Under the pieces are notes generated by a model. The model had not been told where the DNA came from. It saw nothing but the letters and a program-made list of their open reading frames with translations, and ran no database searches. From NCBI GenBank assembly GCA_965645245.1, contig OZ287084.1, positions 1,302,001 through 1,366,000 on the forward strand: a DNA stretch of 64,000 bases. Direction: 5' to 3'. This DNA is from Massalongia carnosa. Lineage: Eukaryota. The stretch's first letter is position 1. Each line of letters begins with the position of its first letter. Made by a program: the position numbers and the translations under genes. Positions 12,067 to 25,373 of the stretch are shown piece by piece.

Positions 12067-13009
12067 TTATTTAAGCTCCATTGCAAGAATGGCATAGGTG
12101 CAAACATTACCGATGTTGATGGGCTAATCGTAGATCATGGTCAGTTTTTAAAAACTCTATCGGCGTTCTATCTAGAGCGGCTCACGGTGAGTGTCCGGCA
12201 GCACCAATCCCGGATCCAGCTTCCGCATTTATCAGATCCCAGCACATCTGCGTATGCGTCATTAAGGGATCGAACCGAGTGATGGGTCACAGCGTCGAGA
12301 CAAACGTACATTTTGAGCAACTATCAATCCTTTCGCACACTTGTGCTACGCACCTATACGGTGCCCCCCAGCAGCAGACCCGGTATGGTTGGCTATTTCG
12401 GCATTTATATTTCCTTTCCTTCCTAGCTGCCGTTTCTCCGTCCACGGCTGCTTTCTGGGCCTCCTCCTGTGCATCTTGAAACCCTGCATTCTCTTCTTCT
12501 TGATAATCCTGCTCATCCTGCACCGAACAGGACGCTCCTCGCGGGTGCAATGGGAGAGCAGCCCTGATGCGGGACACATGGCAGCTCTTATTGGGTGTAT
12601 CTTTGTGGTTGGCTGCAAGGAGGTGGGTAGGGCTGTCCAAGTTCGACGGATCCTGCAAAGTTGCTGCATCCAGATCCGATTCAGCGGAGATGGGGTTACT
12701 TGGATTGTCTGCAAGGAGGGAGTTTAGGAAGGTCGGAGTATCCAGGTCTGATGGATTTTGGGCGGAGTTGCCGGCGTCTACAGACACCTGAAATGGACCT
12801 GAAATGTCTGGCGCAGCCATATTCAACCCATGGAGCGGATTCAGGCTTGAGTCCGTCGAGTCCATCGAGCCCACAGGTGTCAGCAGGAGGGAGCTTGAGT
12901 CGTCATTTTCTCCAAAGTCGAACGGATTCAGGTTGAAGGAATTCTCAGCTAGAGGGCTTGCAAATATATGGGGGAGATATGCAAAGAAAAAAAGCCGATA
13001 AAACTGCAT
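12067..13009 (-). CDS. Secreted protein with acidic pro-region and hydrophobin-like Cys core; exons 13009-12310, 12247-12186, 12123-12067 (272 aa)
   Basis: Signal peptide MQFYRLFFFAYLPHIFA. Two 62-nt GT-AG introns give ...CSKYVLGSDKCGSWIRDWCCRTLTPINIGNVCTY...; paralogous to 41293-42048. Confidence 0.75.
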
Positions 13010-16000
13010 GATGGAGAAAAATGCAAACCATCACCTATATATATAATTCCAGGTGAACGGCCTACCGCTTGCGGTCTGCATGTTATACTGTGACCTGCAT
13101 CGCTCCCAAAGTCATTATCGTTGTTGCCCAAGCTAAGCGCGGGGATTGTCTTTTTCTTATTCTTATATTCTTAGCCTGTTGGTCAATCTTTCGCACATAT
13201 CTCGGGCAAAATCTGTGTGAGCGGCACCTCGCGTCGGAGCTTCCGAGACAAACTCGGAGCTCACCAGTCACCTTGTATAGGGTACCTACGCGATACACTC
13301 ATCCTGCAAGCATAACAACGATGGCGTTTAAGCTTCCAGCCGTTGAGGTTCGGACAGGTAAGTACCTCTATTCAGAACGGTCCTGAAACGCCTCTCTTGT
13401 TCGTTTTAATCATCGCGAGCATTCTTGAGGTTCCGAAATCATCATGGCAGTGATGTACGGAAAATGGGGTGGCTGAAACTCTTTCCCTCGTATCAGTGTG
13501 ATGCGCATCTATTATTATTTTTAGAGGACAGCTTGATGGAAAAGGCCAAAAAGGCCGGCATTTGAAAATCGTCTGCTTTCATCCTCCTATCAACTCTTTA
13601 CCTCCTTCCTATGTACCCTAGACTTTTTTTTTCGTTTCATTTTTGACTTTTCTTTTCCTTGGTCGCCAGATCACGCGAAGTATAATAAACAAGGGACAAG
13701 AAAAGTAAAGTCTAGGGTCCGATTGCATCGGCTCTAACTTAGGCAGACATGCGGGCCAGCTGTCATCTCTTATCGAAGCCCGCTCGAAAATTTTAATATC
13801 GTCTGACCTGACGACACGGTGATTCTTATGCCTTTATCAGATGAAAAGATGATGACCAAAGGAGAGTTTTTCACATATCAGCAGCAAAATTAACAGAGAA
13901 ACACGGTAAGAGAAACGGTAAGAGAAAACAGATAATCAGAGAGTGGGATTCCTAGAGATGCGCAACGTAAGCTATTCTCCGTAACTTCACGAAAGCGAAC
14001 CGGTTGACGTCGATCATTTCGAGACATTAATCTTTTCGATTTCAGGAATTGTTATCATCATGACTCTTCTAGGAACACGTTTGGGATAATGGCGCAGTCT
14101 TCATGGTTTTTATCCCTTTAAAAGGTTTTCCCTGTAAGAATAAGTAGATAGCCCGCATGGGCCGGCCTTTGGCCGGTGTCAGATTCAAGAATCAATCATC
14201 ATCATCATGACTCTTCTATAATAAGTCTCGTTCTATCTTTCTTCAAACTTTGATACATAATGACCAATACATGACACATCAACATTACACAACTAATCTG
14301 ATAATAACCCTTTCAGCGTACGAAGGAATTCTCAATTCCTGTAACTCGGCCAGCCTGCTCAACGAGCATCAGATCCGTCGTTCGATTCGACGACATGCTC
14401 TAATTTTCTTCCCATTACATACCCCATGAAATCTGATCAGAAAGGTCCAATCACGACTAAAAGCCATGGATCTACACCAACATCTGTATATAAGTGACTC
14501 AGTAGCCGCCTAAGCTAGCCCCGTACCAAAGGAAATAGGCAAAAAATCCGACGAAAAGGACCGAATAGTGGAGATGGCAACAATGTAGAGCGGTAACAGA
14601 CTGAACACGAGGTGGGGGAGGAGAAGACAGGAGAGACTTGCGATGAAAGCACTACCAGCAGGGAGTCGGGTGAGCGGAACTTTGAAGCAGAGGTCGATGA
14701 ATCGGCTTGGGAAACGGATGAGAGGTAGATTTAAGAGTAGAAAAGGGATGATAGAGATTGGATTCGGGAACCGGCTATAGCCATCCCAGTCCATTTGCTT
14801 ACATCCCACCTTTTCCTCCCTTTCTTTATTCATCCGAAAAACTTATGCGAAAAACCATTGCTTTCACCATCAGGTTTCTTAGCCCGCTTTCTTCGTTAAG
14901 TTATTCAAGCGAAAAGAGTAGCAGACAAGCGTAGTAAGCAGGCACGCAGGCAGGTGTACTCGGGTAACGAACAGAACAGAACCGCGTATTCTTATAGATC
15001 AGACTATTATTATTGCTAGCTAGTTAGGTAGGTAGGTACTCTATCTACTACCTACTATTACTACTTCGTCTTCTTCATCGATTGATCTTACATGATCCAT
15101 CTCATCCAATCCTTCGGCAGCGACCTGATCTGCTGCTCCTCAATATATACTCTCAACCCCCCCCCCCTTTTTTTCTATATATTTATTTATTTAATTTTAA
15201 TTTTATTACTTTCCCACCTTCAAAAAATAAATACCAATGTCAAACCCTCAACCGACTAATTCTCTGCGTTGTGTCTTTTTCTGCTGCAAATATTCGGCTG
15301 AAAATAGCAAGGGGGGGGGGGTGGGAGAGGGAGGTGGGGTTATGTTTTATGCGATATGTTCATCTCCTGCAGATTTATAGGGTAGGGTTGTGGAAAGGGA
15401 AAGGAAGAGCGAAATGTGTATCTAGAAGTTTGCTAGTTGGTTGCGTGATTGATTGATTGATTGATGGTTTTTTTCCTTTCTCTTCTATTTCTCTTTTCTT
15501 TGCTTCTGGTTGTGGTAACCTTTCGCTCCCGAGTATTCGCTTTGATCGCTTGGTCTTGTTTAATCTACATGTTTATTTCAATCTTTATTTAATTTCCATT
15601 TTCCCATTTCACACTCTCTCCCCGCTTCCCGCCCCCCCCCCTCTCCTTTTCTTTCTAAAGCTCATCACTCAATCAAATCTCAACACATTATTTCTTCTTC
15701 TTCTTCTTCTTCCTCTTCACTCCTTTCTTCTTTCACCCCCATCGCCACCTCCTCTTCCCAAAACAACATCCCAGCCCCGACCTTCGCCCGTTCCATGCCA
15801 GCGCAAATGCTTCACGTTACATATCTTCTTCGAATTTATTTTTGCTGCTTTTTTTTTCCGTTTCCGTTGTCTTCGGATTTTATCTTCTTTCAGCAGGAAT
15901 GGGAAGAGGGGAATAGCGATTGATGAAGGGAAATAAGAATGGGAACGAGTTTTGAGGTTTGAGAGACATATGAGTAGAAAGGTAAGGCAAGTAAGTAAGG

Positions 16001-16940
16001 AAAGGAACACATGGGGGAGGAAGGAGGGGAGAAGGGAAAGAAGAAAAAAACAAAAAAAGGGGGGGGGGGGGGGGGGTTATGGAATGTAATGATGTTAATA
16101 ATATGAGAACGAATGGCGAATTGAGGAAAAAAGCGCCAAGAACCCTCATTTCTTCTATATTTCCTTTTTTTCAACTTTCTATTTGTCCCATCTCTCTTTC
16201 TACATCTATCTATCTTCCCTTCCTTCCTTCTTTACATCAACTTCCCATCTTAGATCCTCTTCTTCTTCTCTACCCCCCCCCCCTTTTTTTTTCAACCCCA
16301 TTCCCTGCTCAAGCTCTCTCCCCCCTAATCCAACATCTTCCTGCTTGCTTTTCCTGACTTCCCGGCTTCCCGACTCCTCGCTTTTCCCGCTTCTCGAAGT
16401 CGAGTTGTTTCGCCATGTCTTTTGTGCATGTTATGTGCTGATATGATATATTGTATTCATTCATTCATTGTCTTTCTGTTCATGTCATGTAAGTACCAAA
16501 AGAGAAAAAAGAAGAGGGAAGAAATGAGGCAAGCAAGTAGCTAATTAAACAAAAGTCATGATTTCTTCATCGCCATCTACCTACCTACCTACCTACCTAC
16601 CTACCAGGACCTCCCCCGGATTCAAGAACTCGAGGAATTCAGCATCGAGGAGAAAATAAAAGGGATATTCGAGTCTTAAATCTTTCGAAGGAATCTTCAG
16701 CGGGACGGGGTGGAGTGGAATACTGAATGTACAAATAGATAGGTGAATGGATGGGTGGATAGATAGATATGCAGGAAGCTCTGAGAGAGAGAGAGGGGGG
16801 GGGGGGGGGATGAAGAATGAAAATGGTTTGTTGTAGCTGATAAAGATTCTAAAGCCCCCCCCCAACTAACGAACGCCTGCTCTGCAACCGATCAAGTCCA
16901 AGTCATTTTCTCAAAAGAATCCATCCATCTAATTATCCCG

Positions 16941-17582
16941 TCATATCAAGTCCATCCCCAACTCCCAATTCAAAAGCCCAATCTCCGTCTCCGGCACCAA
17001 CCTCCCGCACAGCCGAAACACATCCTGCCGACCTACTAACTGCCTCTCCCGCTTGTGCGTCCTGATCCTTCGGTTGGCTGCATGAGACTTCAACGCCGTC
17101 ACCGAAGTGAAGTCTCGAGTATTGCAGCGGGCCACGCAGCATTCCAGATACATGAGTTTCCCGTCCGAGGGCTGGCGAAAAACGGGGGTCTTCGAGCTGT
17201 CACGGGCGATTAGGAATTCGGCTTTGTCGCTGCGGAAGAGAGGGCCTGGCGCTTTGCGAGCGGCGGTGGGTGGAGCGGGAGATGTTGCAGGAGGAGGGAT
17301 CGCGCGATTCTTGGGCGCTAGTGGTGGGTTGGAGAAAGCTGTGGCTAACTCGCGGCGGCGTAGACGCAGATCCTGGGGTAGGGGTCAGTGTGGGTATGTA
17401 CGTCGTCAGGGGACACGCAGTAACGAGTGGCAACCTACCGGCGCTTCGTTGTCGATCTCGTTTAGTTTTTCCTGCCATATATCGTCTTCCTGTGCTCGTT
17501 GAGCTAGTGTTATTTTCCTCTTCTTGTAATGCTCCAGCTCGAGGGTCTCGAGCTCGTGGAGTCGGGTGACGATGTTCTTCAT
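16941..17582 (-). CDS. Spliced 191-aa hypothetical protein: coiled-coil-like N-terminus plus AHC1-like C2H2-type zinc-finger region; intron 17373-17438
   Basis: ATG 17582, MKNIVTRLHELETLELEHY...; phase-0 GTAGGT...CTGAC...CCCCAG intron joins in frame to DGKLMYLECCVARC...FTSVTALKSH...H...LCG. Confidence 0.65.
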
Positions 17583-19753
17583 TTGGGTAGGGAGTTGAGA
17601 AAGGATGTTTGAAGAGTAGATTGGAGAAATCGACTGTGGAAGAGATGTAACAGAATCTCTGCAAAGGGATTGACAATGCTTGAGCTGGAGACTGCTTGAG
17701 ACTGAAGAGGGAGCAGGGGCTGAAAGATAGATATGACAAAGTGAGAAATATAGTATGATATAGAGAGGTGAAACGGCGCCGTTGATGTATTTTCTGTTGA
17801 TAAAGAGATAGTGAAGCAGTCATGAATCAATAGACTTGAATCTATCATAGTCCTGCGAAGAAACAAGAAGAAATCTTACTTCCTAGAGGTTAATACTTCA
17901 TCTGCTGCCCTCCTCACCAAAAATGAATCCAAAGTGATTCTCAAAGGCTCCAAATAACCATGGCCGAGCAAGACTACGTAGGAGAAATCAACACGTGTCA
18001 GCCCACCTGCTTCTTACGAAGGGAAATCAAGATGCCAAAGACTTGCCCAACGTAGACGGGATGTTACTCTGTCGGTAATGATGTGGAAACGAAGACACGA
18101 CAGCTGATAGTTCTCTACCACTACCAATCCAAAATCGAACCTCAGCAGCTCAAAGCCGGTACTTGGATGTGCTTCCCTGCACCGCCTGCTGGCACTAACT
18201 ACAGTCCGCACGTAGGATTCAAAAATCTCAAATGAAATACCGCATGACCCAAAGATTTGATTTATTTGAAGAGGAAGGCATGACTTTGTCTTTTTTTTTA
18301 TAAAGAAAAAAAAGAAAAGCATACGGCATATAGCAGGCCCAGCCGTAAGATTCACCCCGACGTGACATCCAGCTGCCGAGATTGACGCAGCGATGGATTG
18401 GATCGCGGAGGGCGTGAAGAGGGAAGTGGGAAGCAAGCAAGGCCAGGCTCTCATAACTAGATGAATTGACTTGATCATGGTGATGAGATGAAAGACGCAT
18501 TGGGAACATACAAGACCAATCAATCAACCCTGCAAGCGAAGATAGCCGCCTAGAAGAAGTGTGGCGCTACGAGGACTTGTTGGCTAGGGGGCTGGGTACT
18601 GATGAACAGATAGATATTCAGGGGTTACTCTGTAATAATCTCCTCTATAATGTCACAATACGGAATTCCGATCATACGTACAAGAACAGAGGACAGAAGA
18701 GTACTCCGTTTAAATAGATAGACAGTCAGATAAGTAGGCTGGTGGTTAGGAAGTAGAGAGTATAGGTAACAAGGGCCGGGACACTACATAGAACTTATCT
18801 ACGCAGTGTGCAATTAGGCCTGTTGATTCATACTGTCTTGGCGTTATTTGCTTTTGCCACTATACCGAGGTTAATTGTCTTACCCGATATGACTTCACCT
18901 TACAATTGCATGAAACATTCTATGGGAATCTATAATTCCGCATTGACAAGCTCCCTGCGACGAACGCGATGGAAGTTTCTCGAAGACTCCATGACAGCCA
19001 TATTCGGTGTACTATGTATATATTTGGGCAAATAATCCCACCTCGTTCTTTCTTAGTTAGTTCAGTTGGTTCAGTTCAATTTAGTTATACAACTAGAGCT
19101 TCTAGCGCAGCATATCAGCCTTTTCATTGATTTAGTGCAGCTCCCTCAGCCCCTTTTATTTCAACAAGGCCATTAACTGCTAACTAGAGGTTGATACTGT
19201 AGGTAGATAGTACGTATTGTACATAGGTAACTAATTACCACGCCTAAACTTCCTATTCACCCCACGATAGGTAGGTAGGTAGGGAAATACGAAATAAGGG
19301 AACTACCGGTACAGTCGAACATATGTAAGATGGTTTTCTCCCAGTCCCAGTTACGGTCGCCAACCCGAGGTACTGCTGCTTTAATCTGAGCTGGGGGCGA
19401 GGAAGCCGGAATTGAGGCTGAGCGTGCCTGTGCAAGGAGGGGTGCTACTGTACATATGTAGCCAACTTCGGGCCCCCTATGTCAGCCCCCGAACGACCCG
19501 TTTTTGGCCCCGACCTCCAACTCCGCTTATGGTTCCAGGACAACAGTTTTTCTTCGCGCTCCATCATATCATGGCAGAACACACCTGACAGCGCAGCAAG
19601 CTTTGTTTTCTTAACGAGGATGTCCGTCTTTTTACGTTTTTCACAATCTAGTCTTATATTCCCGTACTTTCAGCCAACGAGTGTTACTACAGGCTACATA
19701 GTACCGAGAACTTTAAGTCGTCATAACAGGTAGTCCATAACCTCCTAAACCCA

Positions 19754-19931
19754 TGTCACGTGCGCAGAGCGTACCCTCACCGTAGCTAAGGCGTGTACTC
19801 CTCAAGCTCAGAGTCGATGTTGATATCACGGACCCAGATCACTAGACGAAGCTAGAACAAGTATTATTCGTATCGTCATCGTGCCCTCCTGCTCTGCTAC
19901 GTCTTGCCTGCCTGGTTTGGGCGATCTGACA
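19754..19931. mobile_element. Possible solo LTR (178 bp)
   Basis: Termini TGTCA...TGACA (TG..CA, 5-bp inverted); flanks CCCA and CCCG resemble an imperfect TSD. Confidence 0.35.
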
Positions 19932-20438
19932 CCCGAACACACTAACATTACTACAGGGCTAGAGCTTGTGGGATATACATAACAGTAACCGGTGAAGAGT
20001 TATTATATTAGAGCTTCTGAGTCTCTATAGATTCATATGTGCCGAAATTATTATTAATTAGGACTCGACGGCTCTTATCGGCACAATCTTTCGTGCCTAG
20101 GTGGAATATATACTGTTTCTAGTAAAGGCTAATGGCAGAATCTGTGTGCCCTGTGGTAGAACAAGCATAGTGCTATTCGGGCGTAGGATATGATATCCAG
20201 GAACTGCGGCGGGAGGATCAGGCTAGATAAGTAGTGGAGGTAGGTGCTGGCCGTGCACCTCTAGCAATTGTTTTGGCTGTAATACTAGGGAACGAGGCTA
20301 TGATTGATATTGCAAGGTTACATCAACGGTTGACCTCAATTATTCGCTCCGCGCAGATCTCATGGTATGTAGCAGAGGTATCATAAAAACCCGTCCTGAA
20401 TATTCGCCTACTATCCCAAAACCACCCCCATCCGTTTC

Positions 20439-21671
20439 TCAGATGCCTACCCAATCGTAAAACGGCATTTTCCAGTCAATCTCTGAATCACCGTGGAAAA
20501 GTTTGTACATCTTTGTCTTGCTCACAAACCACAATGCAGAGTCTCTTAACCGAAGGCCCCAAGCAGTCTGTGGAAATACAAGTTGTGGAAAACCGGGTGG
20601 AATATCTTCCATTTTTGCATACAATGGGCGAAAGACCTCCTCGTATTTCTCCAGAGCCTGAGGAACATCATTGCTGCTCTGTATCTTTGACAGCTCTCCC
20701 GCCAGTAGGTAAGCACTCTCAATAGCAAGACTCGTTCCGACACCAAAGGTTGCGAGGGCTGCGTCTCCCAGTACAAGAGCACGTCCGTTCGTCCATTTTG
20801 AAAGCTTCACCTGCGCAATCCGGCTCATGTAGAAGTCTTCTGCATGGTTCATTCCTTCCAATACCCGCTTTGCTTCCCAGCCTGCATTTTCAAGGTACTC
20901 GTGCAACATACGTTTTGTGTCTTCCGTTCCTTTGTCCATAGCATCTTCGACGGCTGGATCCCGTTGCCCTCGTGCTGGCGTTGTAATGCACAAGTATGCT
21001 CCTATAGTAGAAGTGTCCCGATGCGGACGTAGCATGATACTGAGACCTTTCGGGGCATTGTACCACTGCCACAGCTTTGGATCTGTTGGCCGACTGGGAA
21101 TGCTAAAGAACGCAATGTACTGACCCAGAAATTTATAGCTATCCTTGAGAACCTGCTCGTCCAGAATCAGCGACCGAGTCTTGGAAGTAGACCCGTCTGC
21201 GGCAACAACCAAATCAAACGTGTCTTTTGATCCCCCAGTGAAGGTTACGTTGATATCTTTATCTGTCTGTACGAGCGATTTGACAGAATCACCGTATATG
21301 TACTGGACATTGCCCAGCCCCTCGGTGGCTTGCAGGAAAATTTGTGACAAGTCTGCTCTCAGGATTTCGTATTCAGCAGTGAAAACATCGCCAGCATTGA
21401 ATTGAGCAAAAGTCTTTCCCGAAGAATTCACAAACCTTGTACCTTCTTCTGTCGTATGTCGGGAGCGGAGAGCCTCTTCCAATTTCATTAACTTGATGAT
21501 TTCAACTGCTGGACCACGAATGTCGATCGACTGGCCGGTGGTCCTCGGAGAAGGTGATCGTTCGATGATTGTGATGGATATATCAAGACGTGTTTTGGCA
21601 AGCCAGTATGCGAGACAAGGCCCTGCGATGCCTGCCCCTGCTATGAGGACTTTCAATTTAAGTGCAGACAT
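20439..21671 (-). CDS. FAD-dependent monooxygenase (FAD_binding_3/UbiH-like)
   Basis: GAGIAG Rossmann motif, DLVVAADG and LGDAA motifs; intronless 410-aa ORF. Confidence 0.9.
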   Translation of the reverse strand: MSALKLKVLIAGAGIAGPCLAYWLAKTRLDISITIIERSPSPRTTGQSIDIRGPAVEIIKLMKLEEALRSRHTTEEGTRFVNSSGKTFAQFNAGDVFTAEYEILRADLSQIFLQATEGLGNVQYIYGDSVKSLVQTDKDINVTFTGGSKDTFDLVVAADGSTSKTRSLILDEQVLKDSYKFLGQYIAFFSIPSRPTDPKLWQWYNAPKGLSIMLRPHRDTSTIGAYLCITTPARGQRDPAVEDAMDKGTEDTKRMLHEYLENAGWEAKRVLEGMNHAEDFYMSRIAQVKLSKWTNGRALVLGDAALATFGVGTSLAIESAYLLAGELSKIQSSNDVPQALEKYEEVFRPLYAKMEDIPPGFPQLVFPQTAWGLRLRDSALWFVSKTKMYKLFHGDSEIDWKMPFYDWVGI

Positions 21672-22941
21672 CGTTCTATGTCGTCTGTTGCCATCGAAGC
21701 AAAACGATTAAAAAGAGAGAACGTTCGTCGAACGTGTGAGGATACGCTGTCTAGTTCATCAAGTCTACAGCATTCCTAGCGCTTAAAGATCTAGGTGTAA
21801 GCACCGTGTGATAGAAAAACGGGTTTGAAACGTTCAATATGAATTTGGGAAGTGGTTTTACCCTGAGGGTCATGTTTCCACTTCCTGACTGATGTATATG
21901 TACATAAATAGTAATCACAGCGTCATATCTATAGGATATATACGCTTAATGAATTAATAATAATAAAAAAGATGATGAACAGCCTGGGTAGTGAGTGAGC
22001 GGAGAGTGAACTGAGCCTGAATAAAGGCGGGCAATAATACTAACCCGTTTCGAACGGCAGCAAAAAATCCTAATGTAGGAATTCCTTTAAGTACTCTAGA
22101 TTCTCCCTTTCAGAGAGGATTGAACCCCTAATAAATTGGTTGGACCGAGTGCTTGATTCCCTCTTCTTTCCTTGGTTGAACTAGAACGAGAGAGGATAAC
22201 TCACCACAACAACAAGGAAGTGGATAACTAAGGTGGGCTTCACTAGTCCAATTTAGCTAGATAGATAGATACCAATGAAAATTCCAAAAACTTTAAAAAT
22301 AAAAATATAGTAAAAACTGGTCCTTTGCTCCCTCAACCCTCCCCGCATCCCTCGTCGGTCAATAGATACAATAAATAGTAAATAATCAGACCACCGTACC
22401 GATAGAATTGAAGAATGCTGAAAAACCACATTTCTACAGAATAACGTAACATCAAGGTATCTCGAGAACTTGAGTACATAAAGGAGGGGGAAGTCGATAA
22501 TTGGCCGACTAATGGAGAGGTCGAGTGACGCTACCCGCCAGATTGGGTGCTAGAGAATTCGGAGCGCGGAATCGGCCAAGCGATTCGGGCGTAGAGAAGG
22601 CCGATGGTTTGTCAGGTACGCGAAGATGAGACTTTTCGATCACGACAAATTCATACTAAGCAAGCATGTATGATTTCCACTTCCATTTCAATGCACCCCT
22701 ATCGACCGATAACCCTCTTCCGCCTCTATTTCCATCATCGCAAATATGAGAGCAAACGTATTACAATTTATGTAGGTGGCTGAGTAGTAATTGCCAACCT
22801 GTCGAAAACTTTTCCCTCAAATCTCTCGACCAGTGTAGTCATCATGTGAACAAAAAGATGGCCAAACGCGCCAAATGTCGATGTAGACTTTCCCGGATGA
22901 CCATTACGCGAGCAATCTACCATACCCTATGAGAAATCATC

Positions 22942-23604
22942 TTACAAGAACACGGCGAAAATAACACCAGCCATGCCGAGACCGAGAACGGGTTCTAGAA
23001 GAGAGCCGCTGTTGCTGCCTGCGGGACTCGTAGAAGTGGACGATGCACCAGTGCCAGATTTGGATGCAGTTGATCCAGACTTGGTAGATGCCGACTTGGA
23101 GGATGCAGTGGATCCGGATCCGGAGCCACTGGTGGTCTTGGTGCCGGAAGGAGAGCCGGTGGAGACGGTACCGTTGGTGCCGGCCGAGGGAACAACACCG
23201 TTCGAGACTGAAGGCTTCGGTGCGACAACCAAGGTTGTGTTAGAGCCAGCAGGAACGCTCGCCACCAGAGGAATCGACGTCACAGCGAGAGTCTGTTGAG
23301 TTGCGGCACTCGGAATAACAGTGACAACCTGCGGCTGAGTGGTGACAGGTAGAGGTTGGTAGGTTGCTGGTGTGGTAACTGGGAGAGGTTGGGATGTAAC
23401 AGGTTTTGGTTGCCCAGTCACGACGCCTAGGGAGTTGGTTTGATCCGTGTAAAGGCTGGCCTGTTGATGGAGTCAGAATATTGATGGAAATTTCATGGAG
23501 TTATTTGTATATTAAACGCCATTTTCTTCAGCAAGCATCATGGATCTTACCTGAGCGAAGACCACGGCAGCAAAAGGAACCGTGAGGAAGATGGAAGAAC
23601 GCAT
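22942..23604 (-). CDS. Ser/Thr/Pro-rich, probably GPI-anchored cell-surface protein; intron 23461-23550
   Basis: Exon 1 MRSSIFLTVPFAAVVFAQ (signal peptide) splices to ASLYTDQTNSLGVVTGQP; VTxQP repeats, S/T/G-rich stalk, hydrophobic C-terminal tail. Confidence 0.85.
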
Positions 23605-24849
23605 GTTGATTGTTTGTTGTTATTTAGGAGTAGAGGAATGTGAGGAATGTGTATTAAGAGTGGGAGGAGCGTGTATATGTGATTGTGTTTCTTGCGAGAG
23701 AGTGAACAGGAACGACAGTTAGTTCGGAGAATGGACGAAGATGTACTGAATGGAAAAGCGAGTGGTTGATGAGGGAACGCAAGAGGAAGAGGGAAGAAAA
23801 GCACTTTAAATTACTTCGGCCCAGGATGAACCAGGCTACGAATGGCTTAGCTCACCCCCTTAGATTGGTGGGGATTGGCATTGGATGACCCTGAAAGACA
23901 ACAATGGCCTTGGCACTTTCAGCTCGGTTGCTAGGGCTAACAGTGAACTTGCATGGGTCGATTAGACCGAATGGATCTTAGGGCGCATGACTTGTGCATG
24001 ATTAGCGGAGACCATGTCTTCCTCGTATGTCCCCCTTGTCCAACGCGTAACGTCGGCTCGACTTTCTATTCGTCAAATATTCGCCATTGGCCAGACTATT
24101 ACGACTATTGGAGTGACAACTTTTCCCTGAAGCCACAGCCAAACAAAGCCTTCGAAATACGAGGCATATCCCGCCTCCCGACTCCAGTTACAAAAATGTA
24201 GATCATCAATGCTTAGATCCCCTTTTTGTATCGTCCACTGTCCACCAACCGATGATGGCGTCTACACAGTACGAGAAGGGGTACTCTGGAGCTACGGATG
24301 AGGTATAATACTGCGTTCGCTCTAAAGGCAAGATGATTGTACAGAGAATTTCATGTGAGTGTGTCTTGGACAGCACAATACCTGCCACCCCATCGATTTG
24401 CAAGTGCATCAAGGGCTCGTAACAACAGTCACATCGATAGTTGCATCGCGCTATACCGAAATGGCACCCGATGTTTGAGGCTATGCGGCTCGCGATGATA
24501 AGTTGATTGAAGCATCTGACACAGTCGAAAGGGTGAGCAAGCGTCTCACCCTTCCTACCTGCATACAGAAAACATGATACATCATCCATGATATCTGCTT
24601 GCAGATCACACGCGCACTGCATCCTTTTCTCCACTGCTCTCTACCGCTCGCTTATGCTCTGCGAAGCGGTGTTGGCCTGGTAGTTGACCTTCCAACCCTC
24701 CCTACGAAGTACCACACGGGTAAACAGTCCGTCAGTCCTTTAGCAGGACTGTGCAATCGAGTGGAATGTAGAGCACACATTCAGTAGTCAACCTTATACT
24801 CAAAGAACCTTCACAGAGTGTTTGTACGGAGGTTTCGGTTACTGTGTGG

Positions 24850-24905
24850 CTGAGGTTGAGGCTGAGGCTGAGGCGGAGACGGAGGCTGAGGCGGAGACGG
24901 AGGCA
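24850..24905. repeat. Degenerate 6-bp GAGGCT/GAGGCG/GAGACG tandem repeat
   Basis: Directly visible tandem units. Confidence 0.8.
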
Positions 24906-25373
24906 GAGATAGGTACTTAGGGTTGATATGGTTTTGCCACCTTCACTCGTTCTACGAACGCATACAAAGTAAGCCTATCCTCTGTTCTCTCTCATCGATT
25001 GATCATTTCTCGCATCATGTAGAACGGTGGGCACTACATAGGTACATGTACATATTAAGGTTGATTCTTGACCACATCCGTTGATAAATGATGTCTTGCC
25101 TTTCAAGTTCAAAAAAAAAAAAAAACAACACTGGGCCATGACAGGTTCAAACCCTTACCTATCAGGGTGAATTCTCAAACGTCAACACAGAGATCAGAAC
25201 CTGGGCCGTACCTGATGAAATACGTGGTTATCATTGCTCATACAACTTTTCTCGCCTCTCGTCTCTCTTCTCTTTTTTCTTTTCTTCTCTCTTCGTCCTT
25301 CCCTCGTTCTTTCTCCCCATCTTCTCCATCATCTGCTGCAAAAGTCATCTATTTCTAAGCTACCAGTAACCAA

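Noticed and set aside
14800..16900. Many Phe/Leu/Pro-rich ORFs resembling membrane proteins
   Set aside because: Produced by poly-C/G, poly-T and microsatellite tracts.
17200..17823. 207-aa minus-strand ORF
   Set aside because: Alternative frame of the better-supported spliced gene 17582-16941.
20439..21671. Horizontal transfer of the intronless monooxygenase
   Set aside because: Lack of introns alone is not evidence, and the family is common in fungi.
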